Below the pieces are notes generated by a model. That model had not been told where the DNA came from and searched no databases. It saw only the letters and a program-made list of their open reading frames with translations. Shown in pieces: positions 28,695-37,856 of a DNA stretch of 64,000 nt. Position 1 is the first letter of the stretch. Each line of letters opens with the position of its first letter. Source of the DNA: Planctomycetota bacterium (lineage in GTDB: Bacteria; Planctomycetota; MHYJ01; WSZJ01); the NCBI GenBank assembly GCA_038060895.1, contig JBBTCT010000022.1, positions 224,001 through 288,000 on the forward strand, in the 5' to 3' direction. Made by a program: the position numbers and the translations under genes.

Positions 28695-30224
28695 ATGGAA
28701 CGATTTGAGGCCGCACGTCGCGCACGCGCAGTTCTGCAAAATCTGGTCATCGCGGCGGCTCCGGCTGGTCAAATCCTGAATGCCACGCTTCGCGAGTGCC
28801 TCCTCCTGACTGGGGCGCGAACCGCGCTCTTCATTGGCGCCGCCGAGGTCCCAGAGCACCTTCGAAGCGTTCCCATGACCTTCGATGGACCGGGAAAGTG
28901 GCCGCCGCTTTCACCGAAACTGCTCGAAACGGTCATGCGTACGGCGAAGCCCTGGGTTCCCGTGGCAACGCCCGCGGATGGAAATGGCACTCCACCCCAC
29001 GTCTCCGAAGTGCTGTGCCTGGGCGATCGTTTCATGGGGGTCGCAGGGTTCATGCCCTGCTCGTTGGAAACTCTCGGTGAAGCGGGGCGTGAACTGCTCA
29101 CAGAGCTCCTACAGTCCATCGCCGAAGCTCTCTCCGCGGCCGTGTACCAGACGGCAATCGCCCGATTGGAGTCGGACCTGCGGCTTGCGAGAGTTGGCAA
29201 TGCCCTCACGCCGCTACCTCTCGTCGGCGGACCGACGAAGCTGCAGTCAAAGCGGCTGGTCGGCAATTCATCCCAGATGCGCGATTTGGACGGACGGATC
29301 GATCGTGCAGCCGCCACCGATGCAACGGTCCTGATCCAGGGGGAAACAGGAACGGGGAAGGAACTTGTCGCCCAGGAAATTCACGCCCGTTCGCCGCGGC
29401 GGCGGGGCCCGTTCGTCGATCAGCACATGGGAGCCTTGCCCGACGACCTGATCGAAGCGGTCATCATGGGGTACGTCAAGGACATCCACTCGCAAGCCCA
29501 CAAAGACAAGCCCGGCCAGTTCGAGCTAGCCGACAAGGGCACCTACTTCATGGACGAGGTCGGGCTGACCACCCTGATCGTGCAGGAGAAATTTCTGCGT
29601 GTTCTCCAGGAGCGAAAGGTCCGCCGCATCGGGTCGGAAGTGTCGTTCGATTTCGACACGCGCATCATTGCGGCGAGCAATCGCGATCTGCAGGAACTCG
29701 TCCGTGAAGGAAAAATGCGTGAGGACTTTTTCTACCGGCTCAAGGTCGTGACCATTCCCATCCCCCCGCTGCGTCACCATCTCGAGGACTTGCCGGCACT
29801 GTTCGAGTATTTCACCGAGCGCCTCGCCTGCAAGTGGAGCCTGCCCGCGCTTCGCGACCACAAATTCGATTCCGCCTGGGCCGCTCTCCTCGGGGGATGG
29901 TCGTGGCCCGGAAACGTTCGGGAACTTGAAAACACCGTTGAGGAGGTCGTAACGAATTCGGGAGGCGCGCCAAAGCTCGAGGAACTGGAAAAGATCATGG
30001 ACGCGAAGCGGAATGCGGCCGGGATCGAGGAGGCAGCGTCCGGCGAGCGGATTTCGCACGCCAAGCGGATGGAGAATGCCGAAGCGAACTTCCTGCGAAG
30101 CGACCTGCGCGAGAGCAACGGCAGCGTCCGCAAGGCGGCAGAGAAGAACGGCCTCTCGGAGCCGACCATGCGAAGGAAGGCAACCCGGTATCACCTCTCG
30201 ACTTCGTCAGGCGCTCAGAAATGA
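28695..30224 (+). CDS. NtrC/Fis-family AAA+ enhancer-binding protein (GAF-like N-terminus) lacking GAFTGA
   Basis: GETGTGKELVA, FMDEVG, RIIAASNRDL, REDFFYRL, WPGNVRELEN, C-terminal HTH; loop 1 reads GYVKDIHSQA. Confidence 0.9.
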   Translation: MERFEAARRARAVLQNLVIAAAPAGQILNATLRECLLLTGARTALFIGAAEVPEHLRSVPMTFDGPGKWPPLSPKLLETVMRTAKPWVPVATPADGNGTPPHVSEVLCLGDRFMGVAGFMPCSLETLGEAGRELLTELLQSIAEALSAAVYQTAIARLESDLRLARVGNALTPLPLVGGPTKLQSKRLVGNSSQMRDLDGRIDRAAATDATVLIQGETGTGKELVAQEIHARSPRRRGPFVDQHMGALPDDLIEAVIMGYVKDIHSQAHKDKPGQFELADKGTYFMDEVGLTTLIVQEKFLRVLQERKVRRIGSEVSFDFDTRIIAASNRDLQELVREGKMREDFFYRLKVVTIPIPPLRHHLEDLPALFEYFTERLACKWSLPALRDHKFDSAWAALLGGWSWPGNVRELENTVEEVVTNSGGAPKLEELEKIMDAKRNAAGIEEAASGERISHAKRMENAEANFLRSDLRESNGSVRKAAEKNGLSEPTMRRKATRYHLSTSSGAQK

Positions 30225-30262
30225 CGAAGCGCCGCTCATCTTTGACGAAACGCACTTCGTAA
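30203..30262. promoter_or_regulatory. Candidate upstream activator sites
   Basis: TGACGAA half-sites at 30222 and 30243, TTCGTCA at 30203, and palindrome TGACGAA-N6-TTCGTAA. Confidence 0.45.
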
Positions 30263-30381
30263 GTCGAAGCCCTGTGGTGCGCGAAACTTGTGTCGCGTGC
30301 CGCACCGGCCGGTTCCGTTGAATTCGTCAAGAGTGAGCGAGTGCCGGATCCTTTTCCGGATCCCGCCCCGGGGAATGTGAG

Positions 30382-30396
30382 TGGCCCGCGGCTTGC
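30382..30396 (+). promoter_or_regulatory. Sigma54 (-24/-12) promoter
   Basis: TGGCCCG-CGGC-TTGC matches TGGCACG-N4-TTGC; ATG about 13 nt downstream. Confidence 0.7.
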
Positions 30397-30409
30397 GATA
30401 AAGATTCGC

Positions 30410-30937
30410 ATGGGAGCCTGCTGCGGCGGATGCGATGAGGGCGCGAGTTGCGCTGGCAAACAGCCTGCGGCGGTTTTGCTGCCTCCGGACCTGATCATCC
30501 CGGGACCCGACCCGGATCGCACGGGAGTGCTTGAGCTGGAAGAAGTTCCGGATGAGACGACGAGCGATGAATCGGTCCCGCTGATCACGAAGTCGCTCGG
30601 CCCCACCCGGCCAGTCGCACTTAACACCCGTCTCGTCCTCACGGACGGCGGAACGACTGTCAGCGAAGCGCTGCACGTCCGGGGTTGCAACTCGGGTAGC
30701 GTCGACCTTGTCGTCTTCCTTCTGAATTCGATCTCGACCATAGACGCGGTCCTGGAGGGCGGAATCGACGGAGAAAACTACCGCCGGATTTCCTCGACGC
30801 GATTCAGCGCAGCCGGGTTTGCGAGGTTCCGATTTCGCCGGGTGGGTTACCGCTTTCTCCGAGTGTATTACAGCGCTTCCGGCTCGGCCGGTGGCGTCGC
30901 TGTCCTGACCACAACGATCAACGGTTCATCCAACTGA
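30410..30937 (+). CDS. Small beta-sandwich protein, phage-structural-like, with Cys-rich N-terminus
   Basis: VSEALHV..LEGGIDGENY..YRFLRV motif shared with neighbours. Confidence 0.65.
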   Translation: MGACCGGCDEGASCAGKQPAAVLLPPDLIIPGPDPDRTGVLELEEVPDETTSDESVPLITKSLGPTRPVALNTRLVLTDGGTTVSEALHVRGCNSGSVDLVVFLLNSISTIDAVLEGGIDGENYRRISSTRFSAAGFARFRFRRVGYRFLRVYYSASGSAGGVAVLTTTINGSSN

Positions 30938-30956
30938 CCCCCAAAGGAGGACGTTC

Positions 30957-31280
30957 ATGGCCTATGCCAAGCTCTTTACAAACTTGTCCGTCGTCAACGG
31001 AGTTTCGCAGTACTCGCAACCGTTCAGTATGGCGGGGAACAACGCGTTCCGGTTCGGAGTGACGGTCTTCAGCAACTCCGCGACGAGTCTGACCTGTACG
31101 CCCCAAGGTTCCATCGACGGACAAAACTGGCGGGACCTCACCGCCGCAACCGGGCTCGTCGTCGGGTGGGCCTCGTTCACGCAAGGGAGCATCACCGACC
31201 TGATGGTGAGACTCGTCTGCACGGTCGTAGGAACCGGGACGATCGTCCTGGCCGCTGATGTGTACACGAGCCAGCAGTAG
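30957..31280 (+). CDS. Small beta-sandwich protein, phage-structural-like
   Basis: AAAGGAGG RBS; YSQPF..QGSIDGQNWRDL..MVRL. Confidence 0.75.
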   Translation: MAYAKLFTNLSVVNGVSQYSQPFSMAGNNAFRFGVTVFSNSATSLTCTPQGSIDGQNWRDLTAATGLVVGWASFTQGSITDLMVRLVCTVVGTGTIVLAADVYTSQQ

Positions 31281-31400
31281 GAACACGAAGAGTCGGAGCA
31301 GTCGCAACCCTCGGACCAGTCGGGGCGGAGGAGAGCCGTCGTCCGGCTCTCTTCCGTCCGGCTTCCGAAATAAAAACATCGTCGTTACAAAGAGGTCGAA

Positions 31401-31967
31401 ATGCCCGAACTTCCGCTGACCTACGTCTACGAGCCGCCGAACTGGCTTGCGCGCGCGAACGCCTACGGCTCCTGCGTCGGCGGCCGGAGATTCTCCGTCG
31501 CGCATCAGACACCCGGGACGACCGTGACGGGGCAGACCTCCTTCGTGGCCACGACTCCCACGTTCCTGATCAACCAGGCGAGCGCCGCGCACCGCGTCGT
31601 GCTCTCGAACTTCGCGCTCTGCCAGATCGGGACGCCCGCGGGAGGGACGATCCACGTGGCGCTGGCGATCGACTCGTCGGATCGATACTCCTCAGGAGGG
31701 ACGTCGATCACCCCGCAGGCGACCGCGATGCCCAGTGCGCTCACCGCGGGCTTCAGTTTCCGGTTCAACCCGACCGCCGCCGCCGCCAGCGCCGTCCGGA
31801 TCCTGAACGAGTGGACCCAGCCCGCGTGGGCCGGTTCGATTTTCAATCCCGACCTGCATGACGGCGTCCTGATCGGATACACGGGTTCGATTCTGATCTA
31901 TACGTGGGCGGCCACGACGGCGCCGACGTGGATCATCGGCGGCTTCGACGTCCTGGAGGACGAGTAG
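31401..31967 (+). CDS. Hypothetical Thr/Ala/Ser-rich beta protein, phage-structural-like
   Basis: AGAGG RBS; composition typical of virion proteins. Confidence 0.7.
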   Translation: MPELPLTYVYEPPNWLARANAYGSCVGGRRFSVAHQTPGTTVTGQTSFVATTPTFLINQASAAHRVVLSNFALCQIGTPAGGTIHVALAIDSSDRYSSGGTSITPQATAMPSALTAGFSFRFNPTAAAASAVRILNEWTQPAWAGSIFNPDLHDGVLIGYTGSILIYTWAATTAPTWIIGGFDVLEDE

Positions 31968-31968
31968 G

Positions 31969-32853
31969 ATGCCGACGATCCGAGACCTGAGCCAGGGCGG
32001 CGTCCAGCCTCACGCCTCGACGCACATGTCGGGAGGTTCCGACGCGATCAAGCTCGACGAGCTCGCCGCGCCTACGGACGTCACGACGCTGAATGTCTCC
32101 ACTTCGGCTCACGGGCTGACGCCGAAGCTCCCGAACGATGCGACCAAATACCTCGACGGGACTGGCGCGTTCAGCGTCCCTGCGGGAAGCGGCGGCTCCG
32201 GCTCGTACCTCGGGACCACCGTGAAGACTTCCGGCACGACGTTCACGACCGGAGCCTCCACCAACACGATCCGTGTACGCCTTCAGGCCGGCGGCGGTGG
32301 AGGCGGCGGCGCTGCGTCGAATCTATTCAGCCCCGCCGGCGGCGGTGGCGCGGGCGGATACGCGGAAAAGACATTCGCCGTGAGCCCCTCGACCGCCTAC
32401 ACCTGCGCGATCGGCGCCGCAGGAGCCGGGGGCTCGGCAGGAAACAACAACGGCTCGGCCGGAGGGAACTCCACTTTCGCAGTCGGCGGAACGACCGTCA
32501 CAGCTTTCGGCGGCAATGGCGGAATCGGAACTGCCGGCGGAAGCGGCTCATCCGCGATCTTCGTTCTGGGGGGCGCTGCCGCATCCGTCTCCACGAGCGC
32601 CGACCTGAACGCAAGCGGCTCGCCGGGAGGGTTCGGGACAGGAAGTGGCGGCATTGGTGGTAGCGGCGCCTCGGGAGCCGGAGGTTCGTGCCTCTTCGGC
32701 GCCGGCGGAAACAGCCTCAATACCCAGAGCGGCGGCGCCGCGGGCGTCGGTTACGGCGCGGGCGGAAGCGGCGGCTGTTCGCTTTCCAGCGGCGGAAACG
32801 TTGCCGGCGGCGCAGGACTCGCCGGGGTGATCGTCGTCGAGGAGTTCTCGTAG
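31969..32853 (+). CDS. Glycine-rich tail-fibre/spike-like protein
   Basis: HASTHMSGGSDAI and HGLTPKL..ATKYLDGTGAFSVP fibre motifs; GGGGGGG..GGGAGGY..GYGAGGSGG..GVIVVEE Gly-rich domain. Confidence 0.75.
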   Translation: MPTIRDLSQGGVQPHASTHMSGGSDAIKLDELAAPTDVTTLNVSTSAHGLTPKLPNDATKYLDGTGAFSVPAGSGGSGSYLGTTVKTSGTTFTTGASTNTIRVRLQAGGGGGGGAASNLFSPAGGGGAGGYAEKTFAVSPSTAYTCAIGAAGAGGSAGNNNGSAGGNSTFAVGGTTVTAFGGNGGIGTAGGSGSSAIFVLGGAAASVSTSADLNASGSPGGFGTGSGGIGGSGASGAGGSCLFGAGGNSLNTQSGGAAGVGYGAGGSGGCSLSSGGNVAGGAGLAGVIVVEEFS

Positions 32854-32874
32854 CAAGATCGAGGAGATGAAGTC

Positions 32875-33315
32875 GTGAGCGGAAACGGCTGTTCCTTCTG
32901 GGCCCAGAACGTCTCCCCGGAGACGAGCTGGCCGATTTCCTCCGAAGCGCCGGCGGGGATGGACGGAATGTCCTGGTCGAGCGAGTGCGTCTGGGACGCG
33001 ATGTCCTTCCCGCAGGGAGTCCTGCAGGTCTCCGCGCCCGTCGAGATCCGGAACCCAAACAACACCGTGATCTTCTCCATCGTGATCATCGGCCAGAGCA
33101 GCGGGTCTCCTCAGCTCGCCATCGTATTCTCCGGCGCCAATTGTCCGGAGGGTCCCTACACCACGCTGAGCGGGCCGACCAACATCACGACCTTGGGCCT
33201 GCAGTTCCTAGGCGCCGTGACCGGAATCAGGTTCCCCTACGTCCGGGCAGAAGTCATGTCGTCGAACGGGAGTGCGGTGGCGGGGAGCGGGTGCTTTTGT
33301 GTCTCGGAAGCCTAA
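32875..33315 (+). CDS. Small beta-sandwich protein (third paralog of the cluster)
   Basis: GAGGAG RBS; VSAPVEI..FSGAN..FPYVRA aligns with the 30410 and 30957 proteins. Confidence 0.6.
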   Translation: MSGNGCSFWAQNVSPETSWPISSEAPAGMDGMSWSSECVWDAMSFPQGVLQVSAPVEIRNPNNTVIFSIVIIGQSSGSPQLAIVFSGANCPEGPYTTLSGPTNITTLGLQFLGAVTGIRFPYVRAEVMSSNGSAVAGSGCFCVSEA

Positions 33316-33473
33316 AGCCAGCGTTCGCTCGACAAACCAACCGTCCAAAGCGCCATCGGTGTAGCACATAACGAGAAGAGGTTTCGCGCGACTGTCTCTC
33401 ATCAAAGTCAAGTCAGAGCTCTCCAGCGCCTGACGGGTCTTCGAGTCGATTTTCCCTAGAGAAGGAGGTACCG

Positions 33474-33956
33474 ATGCCAGATCCAGAGATTGTGTCAATT
33501 GACGAAATCTTGCGTGCTAATGAGCTAAGGGATCCGCTGACCGGGGTCAGAACCGGCGGCACCGTGCTACACCCTGGCACTGGCGTGAAACTTCGGAAAG
33601 ATCGGCCTTCAGGATCCATTGGAATCAACTTGGACACAGGTCAATTGGAGATGCATGACTGGGGGCCGACCGTTGCTGGGCCCAGTACTGATTTCTCAAA
33701 GTTACCTGAACGAATCCGACTCTTTGGGGGAGAAACTGGCGACGGGCCCAGGGTGGGTCGTGACCCAAAGGAGTCTGAGGACCGTGGCGTGGAGATGCTG
33801 CTTCCGGAAGGCGTGAGAAAATTCGTCGCAGGAGATGCGCTGAAGGCAGGTATTGTCTCCATTTCCTTCGAGTTCGGAGGACCTTGGGGCCTTACCGTCA
33901 CGTTTGGAAGGCCGCCTGAGCCGGCTGGGGTCAGACGGAAGGACCTGGAGAAGTGA
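33474..33956 (+). CDS. Hypothetical protein (low GC)
   Basis: AAGGAGGT RBS; 160 aa. Confidence 0.6.
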   Translation: MPDPEIVSIDEILRANELRDPLTGVRTGGTVLHPGTGVKLRKDRPSGSIGINLDTGQLEMHDWGPTVAGPSTDFSKLPERIRLFGGETGDGPRVGRDPKESEDRGVEMLLPEGVRKFVAGDALKAGIVSISFEFGGPWGLTVTFGRPPEPAGVRRKDLEK

Positions 33957-34060
33957 CGCAATGCGAAACACGATCCATTTCTCGAAGTCGAGGACTGTCT
34001 GGGATGGGATGACTTCCCAGGAGCTAACCGCGCCTCCGTCGAAATCTCAGGAGCACGTCA

Positions 34061-35209
34061 ATGCGAACAGAAGCTTCTAGCGAACTGACTCATTCGTCAA
34101 GGTGGTGTCATCCAGTTACATTTGCACTTGCCTTGTTTCTTGGATGCGCCGCGGGTCAGGGCACCAACGAATCGAAGCCAGAAGAACCCAGGATTCACAA
34201 TTCGGTGGAATTGAGGGACTCGCAAGGGAGGATCCGGCTCTCGATCTGTCTGGATCAAGATGAGTGTCCTCAAATCATGCTATTTGATCCCGCCGGACAC
34301 CCTCGCTCGCGAATTGGACTAAGTTCGGAATTCGAACCCGTAATTCGTATGACGGGTTCGAACGGCGAGGATGCGGTTTCGCTTGGTTTGCGCGAGGATT
34401 CCCCCCAACTCCGGCTGGAGTGTGGCGAGGGACGAAGTGGTATTCGGATCCAGGCTGAAGCAACGCGAGGACCGGAGTTGACGTTGTCGGATGGCGATGG
34501 TTTGGAGCGCGCCCGACTGGCAATTGATCGTGGCGCCCCACAACTTTCGATGTTGGACCCTGGACTCAAGCCTCGCCTGTACCTTGGAACCGAGGTCTCG
34601 ACACCGGATAATTACGGACTCCGCGTCACCTCAGACGACGGCCTTTCCCGCGCGGAGGTTGGCACGACAAAAAACTCGCCGGCGTTCATCCTCGTTTCTG
34701 GAGGCGCTGGCGAATGGTCAGCGCTTGCAATGAGCCGTGGCGGGCACCCGCTGCTAAGCTTTGTCGATTCGACCGACATCGAACGAATTCGAGTCAGCTT
34801 GACGCCTCAACAGGAGTCCGAAGTAGCGCTTTGTAGCGCCGAAGGTCAGATTTCCGTTCTGGCAAGATGTCCGAAGTCGGGTTTCGGGTTGGTCAACTTG
34901 TCCGATGGCGATTCACCGACAGCCGTGTTTCTGGGGAAAGGTTCGTCCGGTGATGTCTTGGCCGGGATCGTTGATGCGGCGGGGTGTAGACGAGCGAGCT
35001 TGTCGCTAACCCCGGAGGACCGAGCTTACGCCTCCGTACAGGATTCGACCGCCTCCTCAGCCTTTCTGACGAACGATGGCAAAGGACTTTGCAAACTCGA
35101 GCTGAATCGAAAGGGAAAGACCAGACTGCTCGCGGGTTTTGACAAGACTGATACAGCATCCTTCATGTCGCTTGATTCGGAGGAAATCGAAACTTGGCGA
35201 TCAAAGTAG
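34061..35209 (+). CDS. Putative lipoprotein with about 22-aa beta repeats (LxLxDxxGxxRxxL)
   Basis: LFLGC lipobox-like; LRDSQGRIRL, LFDPAGHPRS, LSDGDGLERA and MLDPGLKPRL repeats. Confidence 0.7.
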   Translation: MRTEASSELTHSSRWCHPVTFALALFLGCAAGQGTNESKPEEPRIHNSVELRDSQGRIRLSICLDQDECPQIMLFDPAGHPRSRIGLSSEFEPVIRMTGSNGEDAVSLGLREDSPQLRLECGEGRSGIRIQAEATRGPELTLSDGDGLERARLAIDRGAPQLSMLDPGLKPRLYLGTEVSTPDNYGLRVTSDDGLSRAEVGTTKNSPAFILVSGGAGEWSALAMSRGGHPLLSFVDSTDIERIRVSLTPQQESEVALCSAEGQISVLARCPKSGFGLVNLSDGDSPTAVFLGKGSSGDVLAGIVDAAGCRRASLSLTPEDRAYASVQDSTASSAFLTNDGKGLCKLELNRKGKTRLLAGFDKTDTASFMSLDSEEIETWRSK

Positions 35210-35503
35210 ACTGCGGGGCTGCCATTCTTCTACAGACAGGCTTCAGTAGATGCGGTCGGGCGTCTCGATGGGGTTGAGACGTCGGGTGTAGACGGTTTCG
35301 CGACGTTGTAGACGTCGTAGGGCGACTCTTCCGTTCGGACGGAGCCCAACACCTGGGCTTGCGGGACACCCCGAACCTCCGAACGCAAATCGCTTCGTCC
35401 ACATCCAATTTCCCCAGGAGTCTCATGCCCGCCTTGCTCCGCCTCCCCCGCCAATGCTAAAGTCGCCCTTCCGGGTAACCCAGGGCCCGGTTGAGGGCCT
35501 CTC

Positions 35504-36025
35504 ATGGACGCAACGAAACCGGAAGTCGCCGCTCCAGCACCGCCCGCGCCGCTGGCCGACCCGCGCGTGGACAAGCTCCTTGAAAAGATCGGGATCCTTG
35601 AGCAGCTTTTCGTGAAGCGCATCAAGGACGACCAGGCGCACGCGGCGGCGTACAACACGCTGTACCAGGACATGTCGAAGTACCGGGACGACGCGTTCCG
35701 GGGGGCGCAGAAGTCGCTTCTCAAGGGTCTAGTGCTCATTTACGACACGATGAAGCGGTCCATTTCGGGGATCGGGGACGGGACGGTGCGCGAGATGGTG
35801 AACCTGCACGTCGAGGAACTGCTCGAGCTGCTTCATCGCCACGACGTCGAGCGGATGCCGGACACGCTGGGAAAATTCGACCGGAACGTGCAGCAGGCGC
35901 TGGGGACGGAGCCGGCGGCGACGGCGGAAGAAGATCAGACTGTTGCGCGAGTGGTGCGTGACGGGTTCAAATGGGGGACTCAGGTGTTGAGGCCGCAGGA
36001 AGTAGTGATTAAGGTAAAAAAGTAG
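35504..36025 (+). CDS. grpE: GrpE-like nucleotide exchange factor
   Basis: Coiled coil; KFDRNVQQAL, VARVVRDGF..VLRPQEV. Confidence 0.85.
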   Translation: MDATKPEVAAPAPPAPLADPRVDKLLEKIGILEQLFVKRIKDDQAHAAAYNTLYQDMSKYRDDAFRGAQKSLLKGLVLIYDTMKRSISGIGDGTVREMVNLHVEELLELLHRHDVERMPDTLGKFDRNVQQALGTEPAATAEEDQTVARVVRDGFKWGTQVLRPQEVVIKVKK

Positions 36026-36088
36026 TAGGGAGCAGGGGGTAGTGGGTAGTTGGTAGGAAAGGCAAAGACTCTTAACAGGAGACCGTCC

Positions 36089-37678
36089 ATGGCCGACCAG
36101 AAGACGCCGATGACGTGCGGGATTGACCTGGGCACGACGAACAGCGCCATCGCGTTCATCGACGAGCACGGCAAGGCGCAGGTGATCCAGAACACGGACA
36201 ACGAGCGGATCACGCCCTCGGTCGTGCTGTTCGAGGAGAAGGAAGTCATCGTCGGCAAGATCGCCAAGAACTCGGCGGTGGCAGCGCCGGACCGGGTAGT
36301 GCAGTTCGTGAAGCGGCACATCGGCGAAGAGGGCTGGGTGAAGACGTACTTCGGGACGGAGTACACGCCCGAGACGATCAGCGCGCTGATCCTGAAGCGC
36401 ATCGTGCAGGACGCCGAGAAGGTGAGCGGCGGCAAAGTTGGGAGCGTGGTGATCACGGTTCCGGCGTACTTCAACGAAGTCGAGCGCAAGGCGACGCAGG
36501 ACGCGGGGACGATCGCGGGCCTGAACGTCGTCTCCATCCTCAATGAGCCGACGGCCGCGGCGCTGGCTTACGGGCTGGACCGGCTGGGCGAGAAGAAGCG
36601 CGTCCTGGTCTACGACCTGGGCGGCGGGACGTTCGACGTGACGATCATCGAGATCGACGGCACGAAGATCGACGTGCTGGCGACGGACGGCGAGCGGCGG
36701 CTGGGCGGCATCGACTGGGACGACGAGATCATCAACATGGTCTCCGAGAAGTTCCAGGCGGAGCACGGGATCGACCCGCGCAACGACCTCGAAGCGTGCC
36801 AGGACCTGCGCAACAAGGCGGAAGACGCGAAGATCAGCCTGTCGAAGCTCGAAAAGGTGCGCATCCTCTGCCAGTGCCAGGGCAAGACGACCAAGGTCGA
36901 ACTGACGCGCGAAGATTTCGAGAAGATCACCAAGGGCCTGCTCGACCAGACCGAGACGTACCTCGGGGTCGTGCTCCAGAAGGCGAAGCTCGCCTGGAAG
37001 GACATCGGCACCGTCCTGCTCGTCGGCGGCATGACCCGCATGCCCGCCGTGCAGGGCATGATCCAGCGTGTCACGGGTCTTAAACCCGAAACCGGCATCA
37101 ACCCCGACGAATGCGTCGCGATGGGCGCCGCCTACTACAACGCCGTCCTCGCCCTCCAGGCCAAGCCGTCCGAGGAGCCCGAGCTGGCGCTTCAGGGCGA
37201 AGCGCTGAAGGAGTCGATCGACGAGGAAGTCATGATCCTGCTGCAGGGCGTCGAGGTCACGAACGTGAACTCGCACTCGCTGGGCATCGTGGGCATCCAC
37301 AAGAAGACCGGCAAGCTGGTCGCGTACAAGATGATCCCGAAGAACACGCCGATCCCGGCCGACATCACAAAGCCGTTCGGGACGGAGAAGGAAAACCAGG
37401 TCAGCGTGCAGATCAAGATCGTCGAGGGCGAAGGCGAGACCCCCGAGGATTGCACGGAGATCGGGATGTGCGAGATCAAGGACCTCCCGAAGGGCCACCC
37501 CGCGGGCTCGATCATCGACGTGACCTACTCGTACAGCGTCGACGGCCGACTGCAAGTCACAGGCAAGGACCGCCTGTCCGGCAAGGAGGCCAGGGTCGAG
37601 ATCGTCCGCGCGAGCGGTATGGATGACAAAGAGATCAAGGAGGCGAAGAAGGACGTGGTTGAGATGGAAGTAGGCTAA
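36089..37678 (+). CDS. Hsp70 family protein (short, lid-less DnaK paralog)
   Basis: GIDLGTTNS, TVPAYF, NEPTAAALAYG, YDLGGGTFD, VGGMTRMP. Confidence 0.95.
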   Translation: MADQKTPMTCGIDLGTTNSAIAFIDEHGKAQVIQNTDNERITPSVVLFEEKEVIVGKIAKNSAVAAPDRVVQFVKRHIGEEGWVKTYFGTEYTPETISALILKRIVQDAEKVSGGKVGSVVITVPAYFNEVERKATQDAGTIAGLNVVSILNEPTAAALAYGLDRLGEKKRVLVYDLGGGTFDVTIIEIDGTKIDVLATDGERRLGGIDWDDEIINMVSEKFQAEHGIDPRNDLEACQDLRNKAEDAKISLSKLEKVRILCQCQGKTTKVELTREDFEKITKGLLDQTETYLGVVLQKAKLAWKDIGTVLLVGGMTRMPAVQGMIQRVTGLKPETGINPDECVAMGAAYYNAVLALQAKPSEEPELALQGEALKESIDEEVMILLQGVEVTNVNSHSLGIVGIHKKTGKLVAYKMIPKNTPIPADITKPFGTEKENQVSVQIKIVEGEGETPEDCTEIGMCEIKDLPKGHPAGSIIDVTYSYSVDGRLQVTGKDRLSGKEARVEIVRASGMDDKEIKEAKKDVVEMEVG

Positions 37679-37683
37679 GGACA

Positions 37684-37846
37684 GGCTGGCATAGGCTGGC
37701 GGAGGCTGCGGAGGCTGGCGGAGGCTTTGGCGCAAAGGGAGGCAACCCCCTATGAGTAAGCGCCGACGCAATCGCCAGCCCCGATTCAGCCGACGCCTTT
37801 AGCCTTCGCCAGCCTCCGCCAGCCTCTGCCAGCCTCCGCCAGCCTC
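37684..37846. repeat. Inverted arrays of a 10-bp repeat (GCCAGCCTCC / GGAGGCTGGC)
   Basis: GGCTGGCGGAGGCTG tandem at about 37684-37730 and the complement at about 37801-37846; same unit at about 22118-22162. Confidence 0.7.
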
Positions 37847-37856
37847 TTCACTACCC

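Noticed and set aside
30274-30292. Second sigma54 site (TGGTGCG..TTGT)
   Set aside because: Spacing is off by two and the -12 GC is absent; the 30382 site fits better.
28260-35460. Intact prophage
   Set aside because: No integrase, terminase, portal, capsid or att repeats seen.
35729-37771. 680-aa antisense ORF over Hsp70, and other long antisense/alternate-frame ORFs (e.g. 55322-58621, 13629-15974, 16153-17835)
   Set aside because: Shadow ORFs expected in high-GC DNA opposite clearly recognisable genes.
37676-37850. CRISPR array
   Set aside because: Units are 10 bp and contiguous with no spacers; no cas genes.
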